Shown here piece after piece: positions 1 to 9,656 of a stretch of DNA of 31,714 nt (position 1 is the first letter of the stretch; each line of letters starts with the position of its first letter). Made by a program: the position numbers and the translations under genes. The stretch is taken from IMG/VR virus record IMGVR_UViG_3300046171_000046, positions 1 through 31,714 of that record; one strand, written 5' to 3'. Below the pieces are notes generated by a model that saw only the letters and a program-made list of their open reading frames with translations, did not search any database and had not been told where the DNA came from. The DNA comes from a virus. Taxonomy: Duplodnaviria; Caudoviricetes.

Positions 1-484
1 TCCTATCAAGCAACTAGCGACCTTTGGTAATCATGAAACAAGATTATCTAAAGTAGCTATGTCTTGGGGCAGAGCATTTGAAGACTTAGAAGCATTTAAG
101 ATATCAAATTTATTTCCTGATTGGGAATGGGCTATGTCTCACTTAATCGATGATACTGTTATGGTCAAACACAGAATGAGAGGTGGGATACATACTGCAT
201 ATCAAAACTCAATGAGAGCAGGTATCCACATTGTAACAGGACATACACATCAGCTTAACTACAGAACTTTTAATACATATTCAACAAGCTCAATGTCAAT
301 ACAGACAGGACATCTATCAGAATCTTACCATCCATATTTAGAAGATAATGTAGCTAATGATTGGAACAATGGATTCGCTGTAATAACGATTGACCCTAAA
401 GAAAAAACAGTTCATCCTGAACTTGTGCAGGTAAGTAATCTGCATCGTTCAGCTTTCTTTAGAGGTAAAAAATATACAGTATGA
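1..484 (+). CDS. Calcineurin-like metallophosphoesterase, 5'-truncated by the window edge
   Basis: The frame of ORF 59..484 is open back to base 2 and reads PIKQLATFGNHETRLSKVAM. It contains the GNHE motif and the later VTGHTH motif of metallophosphoesterases. Confidence 0.8.
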   Translation, partial: PIKQLATFGNHETRLSKVAMSWGRAFEDLEAFKISNLFPDWEWAMSHLIDDTVMVKHRMRGGIHTAYQNSMRAGIHIVTGHTHQLNYRTFNTYSTSSMSIQTGHLSESYHPYLEDNVANDWNNGFAVITIDPKEKTVHPELVQVSNLHRSAFFRGKKYTV

Positions 485-729
485 AAGAATATCCTCTAGT
501 CATGGTAGATTGGCTAGACCACACAGCAGATGCAAGATGGGTTGAGAATGTAGATTCTTGTGAGCCTGAGTTGTGTCGTACTGTGGGTTGGTTAATCAAA
601 GAAGATAAAAGGTCTTATAAAGTTGCCAATGCAATTACAAAAGAATCAGGTCTAGGTGGCATTTCTGTTATACTAAAATCTTGTGTAGAGGAGATGTGGA
701 TGATTGATGTAGAAGATGAAGAAAACTGA
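481..729 (+). CDS. Hypothetical phage protein (82 aa)
   Basis: ATGA overlap with the upstream gene. VDWLD...TVGWL pattern is often seen in small phage proteins. Confidence 0.7.
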   Translation: MKEYPLVMVDWLDHTADARWVENVDSCEPELCRTVGWLIKEDKRSYKVANAITKESGLGGISVILKSCVEEMWMIDVEDEEN

Positions 730-1000
730 AAGGGAGTATTTGGAGAAAGTACAAGAATTAGGTTGTATCGCTTGTATTAAACTTGGATATTATGATACAC
801 CTGCCGAGATACATCATGTTAGAAAGTTTGGAGAAAAAAGAAACCATTTCAGAGTGATACCATTATGCCCACATCATCACAGGACAAGCAAAGAATCACA
901 TCACTTAAATCCAAAATGGTTCAAAGAAACCTTTGGTACACAAGAAGATTTATTAAAAGAAGTTGAGATATTGTTAGATGTCAAAAGTAAGAATCAATAA
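716..1000 (+). CDS. Ref/DUF968-like Zn-binding HNH nuclease
   Basis: GCIAC...AEIHHVR...VIPLCPHHH...HH motifs match the Ref (recombination enhancement) HNH family. Confidence 0.75.
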   Translation: MKKTEREYLEKVQELGCIACIKLGYYDTPAEIHHVRKFGEKRNHFRVIPLCPHHHRTSKESHHLNPKWFKETFGTQEDLLKEVEILLDVKSKNQ

Positions 1001-1754
1001 AAGAAAAGAATACAGAGAACAGCTCAGGATGTTTATATCTATGAGTAATGCTCTAAGGAGAAGAATAAGGCAGTTGTTTAAAGATTACTCTGAGTTAGCA
1101 GAAAATTTATACAATGATATAGGTGAAATACCACAGGAATACTACGATGACTTTTACAACGATACACTCAACATCTTAAATAGAAATGCAAGAGACACCA
1201 TTATTTCTGTCGGTAACAGGCAACATAGATTAAGATTAACTAAACAAGAAGATAATGAAATCGACCCAATCATAGTCAGATATGTTGGTACAGCAACAGC
1301 ACAGAATGTAAGAAATATTACAGAGACCACTCGTAAGAAGATACAAGCTGATATTTCACTAGGTTTAGAGACAGGGCTATCCACAGACCAAATTGCAAAA
1401 AACATTAGAAAATCTACTGCATTTGCTCCAACTAGGGCTACTCTGATAGCAAGGACAGAATCACATCAAGCAATGAACTATGGTAATCAAGAAATTGCAA
1501 AAAGATTAGGACTGACAAGACCACTCAAAGAATGGGTGTCAGCAATGGATGAAAGAGCAAGGTCATGGCATAAAAATACTGATGGTCAAAGAGTAGAGAT
1601 TGATAAACCATTTAAAATACTTACACCAACAGCAGGTGGTGGTGTAGCAGAAAAAGAACTGCAATATGCAGGAGACCCACAAGGTGGAGCTACAAATGTT
1701 ATAAATTGTAGATGTTTTGTAATATACTATGATGAAGGAGACATTGTTGAGTAA
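978..1754 (+). CDS. Head morphogenesis protein (Mu gpF / SPP1 gp7 family)
   Basis: RATLIARTE, KEWVSAMDERARSWH and the C-terminal YAGDP...INCRC motif. Lies upstream of protease and capsid. Confidence 0.9.
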   Translation: MSKVRINKRKEYREQLRMFISMSNALRRRIRQLFKDYSELAENLYNDIGEIPQEYYDDFYNDTLNILNRNARDTIISVGNRQHRLRLTKQEDNEIDPIIVRYVGTATAQNVRNITETTRKKIQADISLGLETGLSTDQIAKNIRKSTAFAPTRATLIARTESHQAMNYGNQEIAKRLGLTRPLKEWVSAMDERARSWHKNTDGQRVEIDKPFKILTPTAGGGVAEKELQYAGDPQGGATNVINCRCFVIYYDEGDIVE

Positions 1755-1917
1755 AAAAGAAGAAGGACAACAAAAAGGTCAAGATTACGAGAACTTCTAC
1801 ACAGAAGGCATAAATAAAGGTTTGACCAATGCTCAGGCATCTTTATATGCTCATGATTTACTAGCCAAGAAATACAATTATAAAAATCCTTTCACAATCA
1901 AATCTAAATCTATCTAA
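1729..1917 (+). CDS. Hypothetical protein (about 60 aa)
   Basis: ORF overlapping the gpF end and filling the gap in an operon. Start uncertain. Confidence 0.5.
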   Translation: MMKETLLSKKEEGQQKGQDYENFYTEGINKGLTNAQASLYAHDLLAKKYNYKNPFTIKSKSI

Positions 1918-1927
1918 TCTTTTTTTA

Positions 1928-1957
1928 TTGTTATTATAAGTAGTTTGTTGTTACAAT
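1928..1957 (+). promoter_or_regulatory. Putative sigma70-like promoter for the protease/capsid operon
   Basis: TTGTTA (1928-1933), 18 nt spacer, TACAAT (1952-1957) preceded by TG-n (extended -10), in the intergenic gap before the protease. Confidence 0.4.
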
Positions 1958-1989
1958 AACCACAATACACTTGACAGGGATTTCGAGTT

Positions 1990-2655
1990 ATGGCTATTGA
2001 CCAAGAGGACAACATGGAAGTTGAACAAAACATTCTTGATTTAGAATGTGAATACAAGGAAATGGAAACAGAAGATGATGGCTCGTTTGAAGGCTATGCT
2101 TCAGTATTCAACAATAAAGACTTAGGCAACGATGTAATCAGACAAGGTGCATTCACTAAATCCATAGCAGGAAGAAAAGCAAGTAGTGTTAAATTACTTT
2201 ACCAACACAAAACCGATGAACCTATCGGTGTGATAGATTCCTTAGAAGAAGATAAACGAGGACTAAAAATTAGAGGTCGTTTAGCTATGGGTACTCAAAA
2301 AGGTAGAGAAGTATTTGAATTAATGAAAATGGGAGCATTAGATTCCATGTCAATCGGCTATAAACTTCAACCTGATGGTTATAAGTACGATGATAAAAAC
2401 AAACGTAGAGTAATCAAAGAAGTAGACCTAATGGAAGTCTCAATGGTTACATTCCCAATGAATCCAAAAGCAAAAGTAACGAAAGTTAAATTAGCAGAAA
2501 TGGATGCTAGAGAGATAGAAGCATACTTGCGAGATGTTGGTGTGATGTCTACGACTGTAGCGAAGCAAACTGCAAACATACTTTATAAATCATATCAAAG
2601 TGAAGATTCACTTGAAGTGGTTGAGAATATTAAGCAGTTAATCAATAAACTTTAA
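1990..2655 (+). CDS. HK97-family prohead protease
   Basis: FEGYASVF, LLYQH, PIG, MSIGY and EVSMVTFPMN motifs, with catalytic His and Ser. Confidence 0.95.
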   Translation: MAIDQEDNMEVEQNILDLECEYKEMETEDDGSFEGYASVFNNKDLGNDVIRQGAFTKSIAGRKASSVKLLYQHKTDEPIGVIDSLEEDKRGLKIRGRLAMGTQKGREVFELMKMGALDSMSIGYKLQPDGYKYDDKNKRRVIKEVDLMEVSMVTFPMNPKAKVTKVKLAEMDAREIEAYLRDVGVMSTTVAKQTANILYKSYQSEDSLEVVENIKQLINKL

Positions 2656-2669
2656 CTAAGAGGACAATT

Positions 2670-3881
2670 ATGTCAGAAGAAGTCAAAACAGTCTTAGATG
2701 AGTTAGGTTCTAAATTTGAAGATTTCAAATCAGAAAACAAAACTCGTTTAGATGAAATTGAAAAAAAAGGACATGCTGACCCACTACTACAAGATAAAGT
2801 TGATAAAATGTCAGATGACATTGCTGAACTAGCAGAAGTCAAACAAGCACATGAGATTCAACAAAAAAATCTTGAAGAAGCGACAGCGAAAATCGAAAGT
2901 CTCGAAACAGTCTTAGCTAGACCAAATGCTTCTGCATCTAAAGATGTAGATATCCAAACAAAAGCATTCGGTGAATGGTTAAGAAAAGGTGAAGTGGATG
3001 AAATGGAAAGAAAAGCACTTTATGAATCAGATGATACATTAGGTGGTTTCTATGCTCCTACTGAGTACGTTGCAGACCTTATTAAATCTGTAACAGAAAT
3101 TTCTCCAATTCGTTCTATTGCGAGAGTAAGACAAACAGATAAAAGAGGAATTGAGATTCCAAAAAGAACAGGTCAGTTTTCAGCATCATTTGTTGCTGAG
3201 ACATCTACTCGTTCAGAGACCACAGGCTATACCACAGGTATGATGTCAATCGATGCTCATGAAATGTATGGTCTAGTTGATATCTCACAAGCTATGCTTG
3301 AAGATTCTGCTTTCAATTTAGAATCCGAAATGGGTACTGAATTTGCAGAACAATTTGCAAAACTTGAAGGTACTTCTTTTGTTTCAGGAAATGGTGTTGG
3401 TAAACCTTTAGGATTTACTGATTCAACAGCAGGTGTTTCTTCTACCAATTCAGGTAGTGGTTCAGCACTTACAGCTAATGGTATCTTAGACTTGGTATAT
3501 GCTATCAAATCTGACTATCTTGGCAATGCTCGTTTCGTAATGAACAGAACAACTTTTGCTAAACTTCTACAATTAGAAGATGGTGAAGGTCAAAAAATAT
3601 TCCACGTTGGTTTAAACCTTGTAAATGGTGCACCTTCTACAATAGCAGGTCATCCATATACATTAGCTACAGATATGCCTGACATAGGTGGTAGTGCTAA
3701 ACCGATTGCTTTCGGAGACTTCTCTAAAGCATACACAATCGTGGACAGAGTAAATCTTTCAGTAATGAGAGACCCATACTCACAAGCTACATCAGGTAAC
3801 ATCAGATATGTTGCTCGTAGAAGGGTCGGTGGAACAGTAGTTCTTGCCGAAGCAATTAGACTACAAAACATTAGTGCATAA
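2670..3881 (+). CDS. HK97-fold major capsid protein with N-terminal delta (scaffold) domain
   Basis: Coiled-coil N-terminus, GGFYAP, GNGVGKPLG, FGDFSKAY and RRVGG motifs. GAGGA RBS upstream. Confidence 0.95.
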   Translation: MSEEVKTVLDELGSKFEDFKSENKTRLDEIEKKGHADPLLQDKVDKMSDDIAELAEVKQAHEIQQKNLEEATAKIESLETVLARPNASASKDVDIQTKAFGEWLRKGEVDEMERKALYESDDTLGGFYAPTEYVADLIKSVTEISPIRSIARVRQTDKRGIEIPKRTGQFSASFVAETSTRSETTGYTTGMMSIDAHEMYGLVDISQAMLEDSAFNLESEMGTEFAEQFAKLEGTSFVSGNGVGKPLGFTDSTAGVSSTNSGSGSALTANGILDLVYAIKSDYLGNARFVMNRTTFAKLLQLEDGEGQKIFHVGLNLVNGAPSTIAGHPYTLATDMPDIGGSAKPIAFGDFSKAYTIVDRVNLSVMRDPYSQATSGNIRYVARRRVGGTVVLAEAIRLQNISA

Positions 3882-3893
3882 CAGGAGACAACT

Positions 3894-4325
3894 ATGAGAG
3901 ATTTATCTAATAACGTAGTTGCTGTAGTGGGAACTGTTCCTGCTGTTGTGACTGCTGATGCTAATGGTACAGGAGTAGACCTACAAGGGTTTGAATCTGC
4001 AATGGTTATTGTTAATACAGGCATAGAGGGTGATACTTTATCAGGCTCAGTCAAGTTTGACTTTATCCTTGAAGAATCAGATGACAACTCTACTTATACT
4101 GCTGTAACAAGTTCAACATCTGTAACTGAAACTTCTGTTGATAGTAGTGGTATCTTTTTAACATTAGATGCAAATGGTGAAACACCTCAAATCAAACAAA
4201 TTGGTTATATTGGTGGAAAACGATACATCAGATGTAAAATTGATGCTACAGGTACACATTCAAATGGTACTCCAATGTCAATAGAAATAATAAAAGGCAA
4301 TCCACAGGATTCTGAGGATGCTTAA
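3894..4325 (+). CDS. Probable capsid decoration / head-associated protein
   Basis: Directly after the capsid gene with an AGGAG RBS. Beta-rich, with GVDLQGF...GYIGGKRYIR typical of post-capsid genes in HK97-like phages. Confidence 0.6.
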   Translation: MRDLSNNVVAVVGTVPAVVTADANGTGVDLQGFESAMVIVNTGIEGDTLSGSVKFDFILEESDDNSTYTAVTSSTSVTETSVDSSGIFLTLDANGETPQIKQIGYIGGKRYIRCKIDATGTHSNGTPMSIEIIKGNPQDSEDA

Positions 4326-4326
4326 T

Positions 4327-4376
4327 TAGTCTATAAATAGACTAGGTGGGTAGATTTATCATTCGGTCTACCCACC
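4327..4376 (+). other. Tandem stem-loops after the head genes
   Basis: TAGTCTAT-aa-ATAGACTA (4327-4344) and GGTGGGTAGA-12 nt-TCTACCCACC (4345-4376). No poly-U tract. Confidence 0.6.
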
Positions 4377-4390
4377 GATTGAGGTATACT

Positions 4391-4594
4391 ATGACTGTGA
4401 GTACAGCATATACTGATAAAGAGTTAGCTATAATTAAAGCTATCTACAAGATTGACCCAAAGGCTAAATTTAGCATAAAAGGTGGGTTGGAGAATCGTAT
4501 TGATTTCTTATATGGTGGAATCCAATGGGAAACAGAGCCTATTTCATGGGAAGAAGTAGTAGAAAAAATGTATGAATTAGAGGTAAATAGATGA
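4391..4594 (+). CDS. Hypothetical protein (67 aa)
   Basis: ATG at 4391 with GAGG RBS at 4381 is preferred over the track's GTG at 4346, which lies inside a hairpin. Confidence 0.6.
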   Translation: MTVSTAYTDKELAIIKAIYKIDPKAKFSIKGGLENRIDFLYGGIQWETEPISWEEVVEKMYELEVNR

Positions 4595-4830
4595 AGATTA
4601 AAATGTTGATGGATTCATGTGGTACTGCAAACGAAAGTGGTAATGCTACAAAGATTTATAAAAAAGATGAACAGGTTGAATGTAGTGCTAAGTGGCAACA
4701 AGACTTAGCTAAAGTATTTGTAGCTGAAGGACAGGCTATGGAAATCAAAACTGTAGAACCTGAAGAAAAGAAAGTTACAAAAAAGAAAACAGAAGCAAAA
4801 CCAAAGAAAAAGAAAGCAGTCAAGAAGTAG
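4591..4830 (+). CDS. Small protein with Lys-rich C-terminus
   Basis: ATGA overlap and GAGG RBS. Short basic-tailed proteins commonly follow capsid genes. Confidence 0.7.
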   Translation: MKIKMLMDSCGTANESGNATKIYKKDEQVECSAKWQQDLAKVFVAEGQAMEIKTVEPEEKKVTKKKTEAKPKKKKAVKK

Positions 4831-4836
4831 TAAAAC

Positions 4837-5409
4837 ATGGCTCGTACTCTTGGAACAGACTTTCAGAATCAGTTAGATAGTTCACAGCTAGAGCCATTCT
4901 TTGCTGTATCAGTAGAATTTACAACACCACTTAGATTATGGACAGGTTACAGCACTATAACTATTGATGATAATTTTTATTTTGGTAGTGGCAATCTTTT
5001 AAAAATGTCACAAGTCAATGAAACAGCAGATATAAGAGCAACAGGATTAAATATAACCTTATCAGGTATGGAATCTAGTATCATATCATCAGCACTTACA
5101 GAAGATGTTCAAGGTACTGTAGTCAAAGTCTATTTTGGAGTTCTTACAACGACAGATAATGAAACTGTAGTAGTTGATACACCATACCAAGTTTTTGAAG
5201 GGTTCTTAGATACCATGACAATAAGAGAAGATGGTCAAACAGCAGAATTTACCATTACAGTAGAAAACAAATTAATAACCCTTGAAAAAGCAGTAGATAG
5301 AAGATATACAGACCAAGACCAAAAGAATCTATTCGTAGGTGATAAAGGATTAGAATTTATAGATGACCTGCAAGACAAAAACATAGTGTGGGGTGGTGGC
5401 TCTAATTGA
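4837..5409 (+). CDS. Tail tip / baseplate hub-type minor tail protein
   Basis: LRLWTG...YFGSGNL...LSG...F.GFLDTM...RRYTDQDQ...GDKGLEF...IVWG pattern of siphovirus hub proteins that precede the J-like gene. Confidence 0.7.
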   Translation: MARTLGTDFQNQLDSSQLEPFFAVSVEFTTPLRLWTGYSTITIDDNFYFGSGNLLKMSQVNETADIRATGLNITLSGMESSIISSALTEDVQGTVVKVYFGVLTTTDNETVVVDTPYQVFEGFLDTMTIREDGQTAEFTITVENKLITLEKAVDRRYTDQDQKNLFVGDKGLEFIDDLQDKNIVWGGGSN

Positions 5410-5415
5410 TGCAAT

Positions 5416-5844
5416 ATGAATCCATTAGAAGAAAGATTTAACGATATAAGTAATGTTATAAGCATTTACAAATCATTTAATAAGTATAAACAACACACAC
5501 AAGAAGAATTATTTAATTATCTATTACAACCATTCAATTTAAACCAATACAAAATATTTTACAAAAACGATAAACCATCAGCGTTTCTTTGTTGGTGTTT
5601 CCTAAATAAAGAAAACGAAGAACATTTCAAGATTTCAGGAGAAGTTAATAATTGGAATTGTGGAAATAGAGTTTGGTTGGTAGATTTGCTATCATTGAAT
5701 GATTCTAGGAATATGGTCAAATGGACTAACCGATATTTTTCTAAATTACTAGGTGTAGGTAAAAAAGTTAATTATTTAAGAATAGATGATAATTGGAATA
5801 AATACAGAGTATCATCATCAGTAACAAAGGAGTGTTATAGATAA
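5416..5844 (+). CDS. HlyC/RtxC-like (toxin-activating lysine acyltransferase family) protein
   Basis: NQY..FY....P.AFLCW.FL..E.E..F......WNCGNRVWLVD follows HlyC (NQY...P.AYCSWA.L..ENE..Y......W.SGDR.WFID, recalled from memory). Stop overlaps the next start (TAATG). Confidence 0.75.
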   Translation: MNPLEERFNDISNVISIYKSFNKYKQHTQEELFNYLLQPFNLNQYKIFYKNDKPSAFLCWCFLNKENEEHFKISGEVNNWNCGNRVWLVDLLSLNDSRNMVKWTNRYFSKLLGVGKKVNYLRIDDNWNKYRVSSSVTKECYR

Positions 5845-8777
5845 TGGGTGGTTCAGTAGGAGATATCGTAAGAGTAGTCGCTACAGTTGCAGTAGCTTAT
5901 TATGCTCCTGCTTTCGGAGCTCAATTTGGTGCAGTAGGAAGTCTTGCTAACATATCAGCAAGGGTTGCTTTGACTATAGGAGCAAGTGCTGTTGCTAGTG
6001 CTTTAGCACCATCAACTAGGTCTAGAAATTCATCTCTACAACAACAATCTTATTCATCACAAACTAGCAATAGAAGTTTGATGATAAGACAACCTATCAC
6101 ATCAAGAGACACAGTTTATGGCTCTACTAAAAAGTCAGGTGCTATCTTGTTTATGGACACAACCGATAATAACAAAACTCTGCACTTAATAGTTCAGATT
6201 GCATCACACGAAATACAATCTTATGAAAAAATATATTTTAATGATGAAGAACTCACAATATCAAGTACAGGTAATGATTCTAATGGTATAGCAAGATACA
6301 AAGTTACAGCACCTACCAAATATGGTGGTACATCGAATGTCATTACAGGTCAGTCCTATAAGGTAAGAATAAAACAACATTTAGGTAGTGATGACCAAGT
6401 AGCAGATGAGGATTTAGTTTCAAGTGTATCTAAATGGACTAGTGACCATAGATTAAGAGGAATTGCTTATCTTTATTTAACATTAGACTATGATGCAGAT
6501 GCCTTTCCAAATGGTATTCCAAATGTTAGTGCTGAAATAAAAGGTAAAAAACTTACTGATTTCAGAGATTCATCAACAGCATTTTCTAGCAACCCTGCTC
6601 TATGTATATTTGATTATCTAACTGACACAAGGTTAGGACTTGGTATAAGTACAAGCAATATTGACACAACATCATTTACAACAATGGCTAACTTGTGTGA
6701 TGAAAATGTAACTCTATCAGGTGGGTCTACTGAAAAAAAATATACATGCAATGGTATTGTTTATAACGATATTGCACCAATGCAAATATTAGAGGATTTA
6801 CTTACTTCATGTTTGGGTGTCTTATCTTACTCTAATGGTAAATTTATTATAAAAGGTGGTCAGTATGTAGCACCTGTAGCATCTTTTGATGAAGATGATT
6901 TCATATCAGGTATAAATATAAACTCAAAACAATCAAGAAAATCATTGCACAATACTGTAAAAGGTATATTTACAGGTTCAGAAACAAATTTCCAACCAAC
7001 AGATTATCCTGCTGTGACAAGCTCAACATTTGTTACACAAGATGGTGAGACAATTATATCTGATGTAGATTTACCATTTACTTCATCTAGTGCAACAGCT
7101 CAAAGGATTGCAAAAGTATCATTGTTCAAAAACAGACAACAAATGGTACTGACTACTACTTTAAATATGAAAGCATTTAAGCTACAAGTAGGAGATACTG
7201 TAAATATAACTAATGAAAGATTTGGGTTTAGTAATAAAGTATTTGAAGTAGCTGAATGGGTTATGAATACTGAGCAGTTAGGAATAGATATTATTTTAAA
7301 AGAAACAGCATCATCAGTATATGATTGGGATGCAGAAGAATCTACATTTGCATTAGACAACACAACTTTACCAACAGCACAAGATGTACAAGCACCTTCT
7401 TTGGTTGTATCAGATGAACTTAGAGCATATGCTGAGACACCAATAACAGTCATGAAGGTAACTTGCTCTAGTAGTCAGGGAACAACAAATGAATTTGAAG
7501 TAGAAGCACAAAACACTAACGAAGCAGGGAGTGATTTTGTAACTCTTGGTAGAAGCAAGGGTAACATATTTGAACTAGTCAATGCACAAGATGGAGCAAT
7601 CTATAATGTTCGTGCAAGGTCAATTAATGCCTTTAATGTTCATAGCTCATTCACCACTACTACTCATGAGGTTATTGGTAAATCAGCACTACCATCAGAT
7701 GTCACAAATTTTTCAAGCAATGTAGTAGGAGATGTTGTTCATCTGAATTGGACACCTGTGACAGACTTAGATTTGTCTCATTACATCATCAGGCACACAC
7801 CACTCACATCAAGCCAAAAATTTGAAGAAGGACTTGTCGTTGCAAAAAAAATAGGCAAACCTGCGAACAGCATTACACTTCCTGCACAGACAGGAACTTA
7901 CATGATTAAAGCTATAGATGTACTAGGTCTTGAAAGTGAAACATCTGCAAAAACTATAATTATAAAAAATGCCATTAGCAGAGATTTCAATGTAGTTGCT
8001 ACAGCAACAGAGAATCCAAATTTCAATGGAACGAAAGACCAAGTTGAAGTTGTTACAAGGGATAGCACAAACTTTTTAGAAATATTAGAAGGTGAATTAT
8101 TCGATAGTGGTGTTGGTAACTTTGATGACAATACAGGAAACTTTGATGATGGTGGTGCAACTTCGTTCAATTTAGATGGCAACTATGACTTCCCAATTTT
8201 CGATTTAGGTGGTATTTACAATAGTCGTGTAACCTTTACTTGTAAATATAACAGGTTTGATACAGCTAGTTTATTTGATTCATTTGATGGTTTGTTTGAT
8301 TCTAAGACAGGTAATTTTGATGGTGCTTCAACCGAACATAATGATATTAATGTAGAACTTCAAATATCAACTTCAACTGATAATTCTACTTATACAGATT
8401 ATAGAACATATATTTTAGGTGATTACAGAGCAAGGTATATCAAACTAAGAGCAGTCCTAACTACTACCAATCAAACTGCTTCACCTGCTATTTATGAGCT
8501 TTCTGCCACAGTAGACATGCCTGACCGAACCACAGCAGAAGATGATGTCGCATCAACAACAAGTGCAAGTGGTAAAACCATAACCTTTAGTCCTGCATTT
8601 AAAGAATTACAAGGTTTGGGAATATCAGCTCAAAGTCTTGCAACAGGTGATTTTTACGAACTTACAAGTAAATCTGCAACAGGATTTACCATAAAATTCA
8701 AAAATTCAAGTGGTAGTGTAGTAGATAGAAGTTTTGACTATGTAGCAAAAGGCTATGGATATGTGGAATCTGCATAA
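5844..8777 (+). CDS. Central tail tip / host-specificity protein (lambda J-like) with FN3-like domains
   Basis: 977 aa. Hydrophobic N-terminus, W...HRLRGIAY, FPNGIPN, SNPALC..DYL, and YNVRARSIN (FN3-like) motifs. Confidence 0.85.
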   Translation: MGGSVGDIVRVVATVAVAYYAPAFGAQFGAVGSLANISARVALTIGASAVASALAPSTRSRNSSLQQQSYSSQTSNRSLMIRQPITSRDTVYGSTKKSGAILFMDTTDNNKTLHLIVQIASHEIQSYEKIYFNDEELTISSTGNDSNGIARYKVTAPTKYGGTSNVITGQSYKVRIKQHLGSDDQVADEDLVSSVSKWTSDHRLRGIAYLYLTLDYDADAFPNGIPNVSAEIKGKKLTDFRDSSTAFSSNPALCIFDYLTDTRLGLGISTSNIDTTSFTTMANLCDENVTLSGGSTEKKYTCNGIVYNDIAPMQILEDLLTSCLGVLSYSNGKFIIKGGQYVAPVASFDEDDFISGININSKQSRKSLHNTVKGIFTGSETNFQPTDYPAVTSSTFVTQDGETIISDVDLPFTSSSATAQRIAKVSLFKNRQQMVLTTTLNMKAFKLQVGDTVNITNERFGFSNKVFEVAEWVMNTEQLGIDIILKETASSVYDWDAEESTFALDNTTLPTAQDVQAPSLVVSDELRAYAETPITVMKVTCSSSQGTTNEFEVEAQNTNEAGSDFVTLGRSKGNIFELVNAQDGAIYNVRARSINAFNVHSSFTTTTHEVIGKSALPSDVTNFSSNVVGDVVHLNWTPVTDLDLSHYIIRHTPLTSSQKFEEGLVVAKKIGKPANSITLPAQTGTYMIKAIDVLGLESETSAKTIIIKNAISRDFNVVATATENPNFNGTKDQVEVVTRDSTNFLEILEGELFDSGVGNFDDNTGNFDDGGATSFNLDGNYDFPIFDLGGIYNSRVTFTCKYNRFDTASLFDSFDGLFDSKTGNFDGASTEHNDINVELQISTSTDNSTYTDYRTYILGDYRARYIKLRAVLTTTNQTASPAIYELSATVDMPDRTTAEDDVASTTSASGKTITFSPAFKELQGLGISAQSLATGDFYELTSKSATGFTIKFKNSSGSVVDRSFDYVAKGYGYVESA

Positions 8778-8816
8778 TTTAATGATATACTTAAACCAAT
8801 TTAAAAGGAGTTAAAC

Positions 8817-9656
8817 TTGTCACAACACGATTTAGATATTGCAAATCAAACATTTCCTAATACTAGGAGTGACTTAAATCTAGCATTAAAAGCATTAGGG
8901 TCGAATCAATCAGGAAGTTCTGCACCCTCTACAACCTTTGCGAACCAATTTTTTTACAACACTTCTACAAATGTACTACAAATTAGAAACGAAGATAATG
9001 ATGCTTATATTACAATAGCAGAACTAGACCAATCAAATGACACAGTAGAATATTTCAAATCAGATTCAATTAGAACAGCACTCATAGAATTTACAGATGG
9101 TGATGATGCAATCACCATCACAGATGGTGGAACTGTTACATGTTCAGGCACATGCAATGCCACTCTTTTTGCAGGTAGTGGTGCATCATTAACAGCTGTA
9201 ACCTTAAAAACCTCTAATACAGGTAGTTCTAATATTGCAGTTGGTACGACTGCTCAAAGAGATGGTAGCCCTGCTACAGGTATGTTTAGATTCAATTCTA
9301 CACTTACTCAATTCGAGGGCTATAATGGGTCAGAATGGGGAGCAATCGGTGGGGGTGGTGGCACATCATGGCAAGCAGTAAAAACAGGAAACTATACTGC
9401 TTCAGCAGGTGAGGGTGTGTTTGCAGATACATCAAGTAGTGCATGGACATTGACTTTACCTAGTTCGCCCTCTATTGGAGATGAGGTTTCATTTAAAGAT
9501 TATGCAAGTACATTCGATACAAATAATTTGACTATAGGAAGAAATGGTAAACCTATTGAAGGTGCAACGAGTGATTTGACCATATCAGTCGAAGGAGCAG
9601 GTAACACTTTAGTATTTGTAGATGATACTAAAGGTTGGTTAATAAAGAATAAATAA
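8817..9656 (+). CDS. Tail fiber / fiber-attachment protein
   Basis: TTG start with AAGGAG RBS. SQHD..IANQTFP..RSDLN N-terminus, GTTAQR...GMFRFN...FEGY.G..W module, and a C-terminal T4 gp9/gp10-like module (TLTLPSSPSIGD...NNLTIGRNG). Confidence 0.75.
   Translation: MSQHDLDIANQTFPNTRSDLNLALKALGSNQSGSSAPSTTFANQFFYNTSTNVLQIRNEDNDAYITIAELDQSNDTVEYFKSDSIRTALIEFTDGDDAITITDGGTVTCSGTCNATLFAGSGASLTAVTLKTSNTGSSNIAVGTTAQRDGSPATGMFRFNSTLTQFEGYNGSEWGAIGGGGGTSWQAVKTGNYTASAGEGVFADTSSSAWTLTLPSSPSIGDEVSFKDYASTFDTNNLTIGRNGKPIEGATSDLTISVEGAGNTLVFVDDTKGWLIKNK

Noticed and set aside
5416-8777. A true RTX toxin operon
   Set aside because: No GGxGxDxUx nonapeptides and no HlyB/HlyD genes. The downstream gene has clear phage tail-tip motifs.
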